Source of the DNA: Erysipelotrichaceae bacterium
Lineage (GTDB): Bacteria > Bacillota_I > Bacilli_A > Erysipelotrichales > Coprobacillaceae
DNA: 23,328 bases
Reading direction: 5' to 3'
NCBI GenBank assembly: GCA_028698185.1
Contig: JAQVDW010000027.1
Coordinates: 1 to 23,328, forward strand
Program-made: the position numbers and the translations under genes
Shown here: positions 17,294 to 23,328 of the stretch, in pieces
How positions within the stretch are numbered: the first letter of the stretch is position 1
How the letters are laid out: each line of letters opens with the position of its first letter
Notes under the pieces: generated by a model
What the model saw: only the letters and a program-made list of their open reading frames with translations
Database searches by the model: none
Told to the model about the DNA's origin: nothing

Positions 17294-18177
17294 TTATGAA
17301 TTTTTTATTTTAGCGCTGATGGCGTCGATAAATATCCGGTTGGCCTGGGGCATGATCTGCGATTTTTTCCAGATGAATGCGGGCACTGCATAGGCGTCAG
17401 GCACAAAGGGAATGAAAGCAAGATCACCTTTATCACCAGCATCTCCCGGCCGACCGACGCTTACTGCGTTGCATATCCCGGCTCTGACCATCAATTTCGC
17501 ATCGTGGATCTGGGTGAAGGTCATCATGATGTCAAATCGATTTTGACATCATGATGACCTTCAATCGGAACCACTCCGCCGGTCAGCCGCGAAGAGATGA
17601 TAAGTTTCATCTTCCTTAGCTCGGTGAGGGTCACTCCGGGCAAATTGGCGTAGGGACTGTCCTTGACGGTCAATATTCCCGTGGAATCTCCGTGAGGAAA
17701 AGTCAGTTTTTCATAACGTTCCTCGTTGATCCGCCCGAAGATCAAGCAGAAATCAAGCAGCCCCGCATCCAGGCGCGCAATCAGTTCATCCGAATTGCCA
17801 TTGTAAAAATGATACTTGATGCCCGGATACTTACAGACCAGGGAACGGATTGTCTCGATGACGATATCCATTGATTCGGTCTCGATTGAGCCGATATGGA
17901 TATCACCATAAATATCGCCGGAATCGTGTTTGAACTCGTTCTCGGCCTTTTCCATCAGATTGACCAAATCAATGGTTCGTTGTTTGAAGACAATCCCATC
18001 CTCGCTAAGCATGGTGTTGCGGTTGGTCCGGACGAACAGTCTGGTTCCTAGTTCCTCCTCGAGATCATTCATCTGTCTAGAAAGCGTCGGTTGGGTTATG
18101 TGCAAGATGTTGGCGGCCTTGGTGATGCTTTCTTCCTGGGCCACTGCCAGAAAATATTTGAGGGTTCTAAATTCCAT
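17294..18177 (-). pseudogene. LysR-family transcriptional regulator disrupted by a single-base frameshift
   Basis: The N-terminal ORF (17524-18177) has the LTTR HTH (MEFRTLKYFLAVAQEESITKAANILHITQPTLSRQMNDLEEELG). The C-terminal co-inducer domain continues in another frame (17294-17527; MMTFTQIHDAKLMVRAGIC...). Adding one A to the A3 run at 17534-17536 would give a continuous 294-aa protein (...HHDVKIDFDIMMTFTQ...). A sequencing error cannot be excluded from the sequence alone. Confidence 0.8.
17515..17563. repeat. 49-bp quasi-palindrome (22-bp perfect arms) inside the LysR coding sequence, centred on the frameshift
   Basis: The sequence reads TGAAGGTCATCATGATGTCAAA-TCGA-T-TTTGACATCATGATGACCTTCA. 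Every arm position pairs except one unpaired T, because A3 at 17534-17536 faces T4 at 17541-17544. Symmetry is lost immediately outside (17514 G against 17564 A). Confidence 0.9.
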
Positions 18178-18232
18178 GATTATTGGATCCTTTGATTTGG
18201 TGCGTTATTTCCCGGATAATCATCCTGGTATT

Positions 18233-18253
18233 GAAATGCTTTATAAGCATTTC
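18233..18253. promoter_or_regulatory. LTTR-box-like dyad (T-N11-A) in the LysR/esterase divergent intergenic region
   Basis: GAAATGCT-ttata-AGCATTTC has perfect 8-bp arms and contains T-N11-A (TGCTTTATAAGCA). It lies 56-76 nt upstream of the LysR start. This is the typical position for an LTTR autoregulatory or recognition site. Confidence 0.5.
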
Positions 18254-18395
18254 CGATACAAATAATTAGGTATTTTACATACCAATTCTAGTTTGATAGA
18301 ATTCAATTGTCAAGAAGGCGACCGATAAATTATTGAGCGGTCATTACTGAATTCCAAAAATTGACAATATAGGAAAATGCTAAGGAGAAAACAAA

Positions 18396-19232
18396 ATGGC
18401 AACTATTACAGTGAACTTCATGTCTAAATCATTGATGCGCAACGTAACTATGAACGTTATCCTTCCCGTGGATAAATTCAGTTTCACCGGCGAAACGCAG
18501 CCGGAAGCAACTAGCTTCAAAACATTGTATCTGCTTCATGGAATCTTCGGCGACCATAACGACTGGATTTCGGGAACATCGATCAAACGGTTCGCGGAAC
18601 AACGCAACCTCGCAGTTGTGATGCCTTCAGGAGAAAATATGGCTTATCTCGACCAGGAAGCGGCCCAGACAATGTATGGCGAATTCATCGGCCGGGAAAT
18701 GGTGGAAATAACTCGCAAAATGTTCCCTCTTTCTTCAAAACGCGAAGATACCTTCATTGGCGGACTTTCGATGGGTGGTTATGGCGCATTGCGCAATGGC
18801 CTCAAATACAGCGACACCTTCAGTCACATCATCGGCCTGTCAAGTGCAATCATGACCGATATGCTGAAAGGAATGTCGGAAGTCGGATCTTCACCGATGT
18901 TTAGCCGCAGTTATATGGAAACAATCTTCGGGGATCTAGACAAAGTGGAAGGAAGCGACAAGAATCCGCTATGGACAATCTCGAAACTCAAAGAACAAGA
19001 CGCGCCGTTGCCGAAGGTTTTTCTTGCTTGTGGTACCAGTGACCCATTGCTGCCTACAAATCGCAAATTCAAAGAATCACTTGACAATGAGGGAATAGAA
19101 AACACCTACAAAGAAGGTGCCGGTGCCCATGAATGGGACTTCTGGAATCGCTATATTGAAAAGGCGCTTGACTGGCTGCCGCTGGATTCTGAAAGCAATG
19201 CCGGAATCAACAGCGGCAATGTAATGATGTAA
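18396..19232 (+). CDS. Esterase-D / tributyrin-esterase (EstA-like) family alpha/beta hydrolase, 278 aa
   Basis: The nucleophile elbow is GLSMGGYG. Asp and His candidates for the triad lie in GTSDPL and GAHEWDFW. The LYLLHG...DW oxyanion region is present. The overall block order matches streptococcal EstA-type putative esterases. The RBS is taaggag. Confidence 0.85.
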   Translation: MATITVNFMSKSLMRNVTMNVILPVDKFSFTGETQPEATSFKTLYLLHGIFGDHNDWISGTSIKRFAEQRNLAVVMPSGENMAYLDQEAAQTMYGEFIGREMVEITRKMFPLSSKREDTFIGGLSMGGYGALRNGLKYSDTFSHIIGLSSAIMTDMLKGMSEVGSSPMFSRSYMETIFGDLDKVEGSDKNPLWTISKLKEQDAPLPKVFLACGTSDPLLPTNRKFKESLDNEGIENTYKEGAGAHEWDFWNRYIEKALDWLPLDSESNAGINSGNVMM

Positions 19233-19306
19233 TCGCCAATCCCTGGCGCCGTAAACCGGATGTCGCGATGACAACCCAAGTGGCGGGGCGACATCGCGAT
19301 ATTACC

Positions 19307-19336
19307 AGACTGGATAAATACCAGTCTTTTATTTTG
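19307..19336 (+). terminator. Rho-independent terminator after the esterase gene
   Basis: Stem AGACTGG (19307-19313) pairs with CCAGTCT (19321-19327) around a 7-nt loop. The tail is TTTATTTTG. Confidence 0.65.
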
Positions 19337-19358
19337 ATTCGGGAAAAATTAAAAGTAC

Positions 19359-19877
19359 TTGTATTCGATCACAAAGCACTCTACTATGATTAGGAAGCAA
19401 TCTATTTCTAGGATATCCTATTTAAATATTTTAAAGGAGATCTTAATCTGCTGCTCACCAGGCCGATGTCAGGCAAACTTTATGACTGTAAAAGGGCCGG
19501 CTGTGATCTTGTATCAGGGTTTGCTGTTTGGAGCGCTTGAATCATTGTTGCTCGCTCATGCCACCATCATCTTGATGATCGTGGCTGCGGCCATTGTCAA
19601 GGCTTTCGGTCAAGGAATCGCACAACCGGTGTTGCAGGCCGAATCATTTAACCGTCTTGACAAGTCCCGGCGTGGTGTCGCTTCAAGCGATGTCTATATC
19701 GGGGCAAGTATCGGCCAATGTTTTGGACCGCTCCTTGGTGGGGGACTGGCTTTCTCGTTCGAATATGAGGGGATGTTCAACGACAGTGCGGCTTTGATGC
19801 TGGGTGGTGTTGTTGCCTTTTACATCTACAATCGCTACACCGCCACCGCCAAAACCAAAGTGCTTCAAGAAGCGTAG
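19359..19877 (+). pseudogene. 5'-truncated remnant of an MFS transporter gene (C-terminal ~130 codons only)
   Basis: From about 19482 onward the frame encodes C-terminal-half MFS helices and loops (KAFGQGIAQPVLQAESFNRLDKSRRGVASSDVYIGASIGQCFGPLLGGGLAF...). The roughly 260 N-terminal residues expected for an MFS protein are absent. The upstream part of the ORF has no transporter character. Confidence 0.6.
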
Positions 19878-20139
19878 TAAAATCATCGGACCAACATCAT
19901 CCGTTTGGAATCATAACCAAGGTACATAAAATGGCGCCATGACGTGTCCGGGCATTTTTGCTGCGATTGAGGGGATGGATTTGGCGACCGGATTCGAATT
20001 TGATGCCATTTTAACATTGGAATGTGTCGTTTCACTTGGGTTTTAGTGATATCCTTAGTTAGTATATTAAACGTGAATCTTACTTTATGATTGGAATCTA
20101 ATTTATTCACCAAACAAATTTTAAATGTGGGGGTTGGCA

Positions 20140-20981
20140 ATGGAGTATACAGTATTAAGCAATGAAGTAAAAATGCCGATGGAAGGTTTCTGGGTCTTTC
20201 AGGTCTGCGACAAGGAAGAGTGTAAATAATCGGTGCTAGAAGCGGGTACCGTCTTATCGACACAGCTGCAGTCTATGACAACGAAGATGCCGTTGGTGAA
20301 GCGGTTTGGGAAGCAATCGAACAAGGACTTTGTACCAGAGAAGAATTGCTCATTACATCAAAACTTTGGGTTCAGGACATGGACAATTACGAGATGGCGA
20401 AAACTGCTATCGACAATTCATTGGAAAAGATGGGATTAGAATATCTTGACCTGTATCTGTTGCATCAGGCGATGAAAGACTATTTCAGTGACGGCGCGCG
20501 ATGGAAGATGCCTATACTGAAGGTATAATCAGGGCTATCGGTGTTTCCAATTTTTTACCCTTATGTTTTGACTAACTTCTGTGAAACTGTCAAAATCAAG
20601 CCGATGGTAAATCAAGTGGAAATTCACCCTTATTTTACTCAGGAGATTGCCTTGGAAACGGTGCGTCATTATAATGTGCAGCCCGAAGCTTGGGCGCCAT
20701 CGGGAGGTTGTCGCTACAAACCGTTTGAAAATGAGATGCTCAAGGATATCGCCGCTGCCCATGGCAAAACCACCGCCCAACTCATTTTGCGTTGGAATGT
20801 TTAACGTGGGGTAACTGTCATTCCTAAATCGACCCACAAGGAAAGAATTGAAGAAAACTTCGCATTCTGGGATTTCACCTTGACTGAAGATGAAATGAAG
20901 CAAATCAGTTCGTTGGATATGGGTTACGTTGGTCAGGCAATTAAGCATTTTGACCTGGAATTTGTCCGAGAGGTCAATTGA
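20140..20981 (+). pseudogene. Aldo/keto reductase (YtbE/YvgN/2,5-diketo-D-gluconate reductase-like) pseudogene with five lesions
   Basis: AKR blocks can be read across three frames: [107 protein letters not shown]. The lesions are: TAA at 20227-20229; a 3n+1 deletion at about 20243-20244; a 1-nt deletion near 20492; an extra T in the T6 run 20551-20556; and TAA at 20802-20804, where Gln (CAA) is expected. Confidence 0.85.
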
Positions 20982-21180
20982 GTCAAGATTCACGAATAAT
21001 AAAAGTTGTTTTAATGCACCATCACTGATTACAAAAAATGTGAGCAGTGGTAGTGCTTTTTTGCTGTCTTCGAATAGTTTATTATCCGAGGGAATTTGCC
21101 ATCGCCGTGTTTGGAACGGTCAAATTGGAGATTGAAAGACAGTCCCGGGTATAAGAGGATGAACCACCGTTAGGTTCCAA

Positions 21181-21204
21181 TAAAAAAACCCGATATTATC
21201 GGGT
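21181..21204 (-). terminator. Rho-independent terminator after the galK-like gene
   Basis: The minus strand reads ACCCGAT-aat-ATCGGGT-TTTTTTA, a 7-bp stem (21188-21194 with 21198-21204). It lies 45 nt after the stop. Confidence 0.65.
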
Positions 21205-21248
21205 AGTTTGGTAATGATGAGATGTGGTCCAAAAATAACTGCAGGCAA

Positions 21249-22523
21249 CTAGATTGCTTTGATTCCGCCGTAAGGACGTATTTTAAGTACATGACATTTT
21301 CCTTCGCCAAAATGTTTTTCGATTTCCTTTTTATAGGTAGCAACGTAATCGTCTTCGACAAAGCACTGGATCGTTCCCGCAAAACCACCGCCATGGACCC
21401 GGCAAACGCCATGACTGCCAAGGATGACTTCCGACAATCCCAAGGCGATCGAAACCGCCTGATGCGAATAGTCATTGTTCGAGTAGACATTTTGCAGGTA
21501 CTTGAACGAACTGTTTCCGGATGCCGCGATGATTTTCTTGAATGAATCGAACTCACCATTTGTCAGGGCTTCAACCGCCTGTTCGACCCGGATGTTTTCA
21601 TTGAAAAAGTGCAAGGCTCTAAGTACGGCCCGATCACTGGTCTTTTGGCGGATTGCACTGATCTGGTTGTAGAAGTCGGCGGAATCAACTTCACGCAACA
21701 AGTCTTTTCCAAAACAATTGGCCACCGACGCCATTTCTTGGGGGATTGCGGCATATTCCCCGGTCAGATCGGCATGGGAAGCGTTGACGTCAACGATGCA
21801 AAGGCTGTGTTTGAATTTGGAAAAATCGGTATCAATCTTGTTTACTTTGGGATTATCCTTGTTCTGGAAGTCGATATGGATCAACCCTCCGATTGAGCAG
21901 GCGCATTGGTCCATCAGCCCGCATGGTTTTCCAAAATAGTTTCTTTCGCTGTACTGTCCGATTTTGGCAATTTCAACCGGGTCGATTTTCATGTCATTGT
22001 ATAAACCGGAAAGGATTGTTCCGATCATGACTTCGAACGCCGCGGATGAAGACAATCCCGATCCTGCGGGAACGTCGCTGGTCATGAAGGCGTTGAAGCC
22101 ACCGATGGCATATCCAAGCTGTTTGAATCTAGCCAAGGTCCCTCTGATCAAAGCTTCTGATGTTTCCAACTCGTTATTCTTGATTTCCAAATCGTCAATT
22201 GGTATTGCTTTTAGATAGTAGGCGTCGGTAATTTTTACCTCATGGTCATTTTTGGCGACAACGGCAATTATGTCCATGTTGACAGCCGTAGCCAGGACTT
22301 CGCCGTTTTGGTGGTCCGTGTGATTGCCGCAGACTTCGCTTCTGCCAGGAGTGCTGTAGATTTCAACATCCTGGTCGCCATAAAGGCTGATGAATTTTGT
22401 GATGGCCGCTACATAGCGGTTTTTCATTTTTTCATACATCTTTTCATCGACATAAATATCTTCGATTCTTTGTTTTAACTTGTCATTTTTAAACTGTTCT
22501 ATAAGGTAACTGGCTTTTTCCAT
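21249..22523 (-). CDS. galK: Galactokinase-family GHMP sugar kinase (424 aa), divergent N-terminal signature
   Basis: The GHMP ATP motif PAGSGLSSSAAFEV and the catalytic-Asp block CGLMDQ are present. The N-terminal sugar-binding signature reads GRSEVCGNHTDHQNG instead of the canonical GR-x-N-[LIV]-I-G-[DE]-H-x-D-[YF]. It lies directly downstream of galT. The RBS is ggagg. Confidence 0.8.
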   Translation of the reverse strand: MEKASYLIEQFKNDKLKQRIEDIYVDEKMYEKMKNRYVAAITKFISLYGDQDVEIYSTPGRSEVCGNHTDHQNGEVLATAVNMDIIAVVAKNDHEVKITDAYYLKAIPIDDLEIKNNELETSEALIRGTLARFKQLGYAIGGFNAFMTSDVPAGSGLSSSAAFEVMIGTILSGLYNDMKIDPVEIAKIGQYSERNYFGKPCGLMDQCACSIGGLIHIDFQNKDNPKVNKIDTDFSKFKHSLCIVDVNASHADLTGEYAAIPQEMASVANCFGKDLLREVDSADFYNQISAIRQKTSDRAVLRALHFFNENIRVEQAVEALTNGEFDSFKKIIAASGNSSFKYLQNVYSNNDYSHQAVSIALGLSEVILGSHGVCRVHGGGFAGTIQCFVEDDYVATYKKEIEKHFGEGKCHVLKIRPYGGIKAI

Positions 22524-22655
22524 TGGGTAATCCTCCGTTGTTTTATATTTGTAATGATTGGTGCACTATTTTTAAATTCAGCAAATCGACTAAGCGGATA
22601 TTCGCAAAAACAAAATTGAGCTTCGTCAATGTATTCTATATTATGATTTGTCCGC

Positions 22656-23328
22656 TTATGAGTCGAGACGGGATACAAACTGGCAAAAGGCTTCAATACC
22701 TTTGGTATTCATTTTGAATACTCCGCAATCCTCCAGGACATTGACAAATTTCACAGTCAAGGCTTCTTCAACTACCGCGTCGATGTTCGCCCGGGATATT
22801 TCATAATTGCGGGTGATTTCCTCATACCAAGGCTTATGCTTGGCTAGAACATCAATATCGTCGATTTTAAGGTCATTTAGCAGGCACTCTTTCAACAATG
22901 AAAGTTCTTCTTTCAACCGCGCCGGCAACACAGCCAGACCCATGACCTCGATCAGACCGATGTTTTCCTTTTTCACGGCATGGTGTTCTTGATGGGGGTG
23001 GAAAATTCCATCGGGATATAGGGGACTGGTCCGATTGTTGCGCAATACCAGATCCAGTTGATATTTGCCATCGTGCATTCTCGATATCGGGGTGATGGTG
23101 TTGTGGCGGGTATCGAGACTATATGGCAGAATATCCAGCTCAACGTTGCCGTATTGTTTCCACTTGGCCAGTGTCTTGGCCGCAAAGTCCAATACTTCTT
23201 TGCGATTAGATGAGGTGATCCGGATGGTTGAAAGAGGCCAATTGAGAATCTCGATTTGGGAATTTGGATAGTTTTCAAATGTGTACGACCTGATGATCTT
23301 GGCATCTTCGATCGGGAAATGATAGCGG
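22656..23328 (-). CDS. galT: Galactose-1-phosphate uridylyltransferase, class II (Firmicute type), 3' part; 5' end outside the window
   Basis: The frame stays open to the window edge; the TTG at 23192 called as a start by the ORF track is internal. The sequence DGIFHPHQEHHAVKKENIGLIEVMGLAVLPARLK carries the HPH active-site motif and the conserved class II block. Confidence 0.88.
   Translation of the reverse strand, partial: RYHFPIEDAKIIRSYTFENYPNSQIEILNWPLSTIRITSSNRKEVLDFAAKTLAKWKQYGNVELDILPYSLDTRHNTITPISRMHDGKYQLDLVLRNNRTSPLYPDGIFHPHQEHHAVKKENIGLIEVMGLAVLPARLKEELSLLKECLLNDLKIDDIDVLAKHKPWYEEITRNYEISRANIDAVVEEALTVKFVNVLEDCGVFKMNTKGIEAFCQFVSRLDS

Noticed and set aside
17515-17563. An alternative reading of the LysR palindrome: a 25-nt insertion (a 15-nt quasi-palindrome plus a 10-bp CATCATGATG target duplication), for example a transposon footprint
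   Set aside because: Removing those 25 nt does not restore the reading frame between the two LysR halves, and the reconstructed protein would be shorter than the family norm. A single A:T restoration fixes both the frame and the symmetry.
19883-20263. A 126-aa minus-strand ORF, together with the 152-aa minus-strand ORF at 20535-20993
   Set aside because: The 20535-20993 ORF is antisense to the aldo/keto reductase pseudogene. The 19883-20263 ORF covers its upstream intergenic region and overlaps only its 5' end in antisense. Neither has an RBS or any family signal. The AKR reading explains the region.
21023-21073. A weak hairpin plus T6 run after the AKR pseudogene, as a possible terminator
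   Set aside because: The stem is only 4-7 imperfect base pairs. It may be a decayed terminator, but I cannot support calling it.
22591-22658. An 8-bp inverted repeat TAAGCGGA / TCCGCTTA spanning the galT-galK junction, considered as a GalR/LacI-type operator or an attenuator
   Set aside because: The arms are 52 nt apart and short. The half-sites do not fit the cre/LacI consensus, and I found no promoter between the genes. There is insufficient support.
1-23328. A search for CRISPR arrays, tRNA/rRNA genes, IS elements or transposases, integrases, phage genes, toxin-antitoxin pairs and defence-system signatures
   Set aside because: I found no regularly spaced repeats, no cloverleaf-compatible segments and no ORFs with transposase, recombinase, nuclease or defence hallmarks. 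The window reads as ordinary chromosomal sugar-catabolism DNA.

Overview
This window is a chromosomal carbohydrate-utilisation region from a Gram-positive, Bacillota-type organism, judged from strong AGGAGG ribosome-binding sites and lipoprotein-type binding proteins. It encodes an msm/raf-like alpha-galactoside (raffinose-family) catabolic regulon.

**Gene content**
- A stand-alone GH36 alpha-galactosidase lies at 622-2853 (+).
- A minus-strand operon carries a CUT1 binding protein, two permeases, a second GH36 alpha-galactosidase and a DUF624/YesL protein (9341 down to 3390).
- Further along are an AraC/MsmR-like regulator (9854-10711, -) and sucrose phosphorylase (10848-12281, -).
- A divergent second CUT1 ABC system has a binding protein, two permeases and the only ABC ATPase in the window, which is MsmK-like (12971-17108, +).
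- Leloir-pathway genes sit at the right edge: a galK-like kinase and a partial class II galT.
- Between the ABC-2 operon and the gal genes is a zone of gene decay. It holds a frameshifted LysR regulator, an intact EstA-like esterase, a 5'-truncated MFS remnant and an aldo/keto reductase pseudogene with five lesions.

**What I did not find**
I see no IS or transposase genes, integrases, CRISPR arrays, tRNA/rRNA genes, or recognisable defence or toxin modules. I cannot support a claim of a novel multi-gene system.

**Most interesting signals (regulatory and evolutionary)**
1. Four promoters share an identical architecture: two AACATT-type direct repeats 21 bp apart, exactly 34 nt from the proximal repeat to the -10, and a cre-like box 5-8 nt after the -10.
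2. A 49-bp quasi-palindrome sits inside the LysR gene, and its single asymmetric base is exactly the frameshift.
3. A sharply bounded 107-nt near-identical tract, in inverted orientation, is shared by the two otherwise diverged GH36 paralogues.
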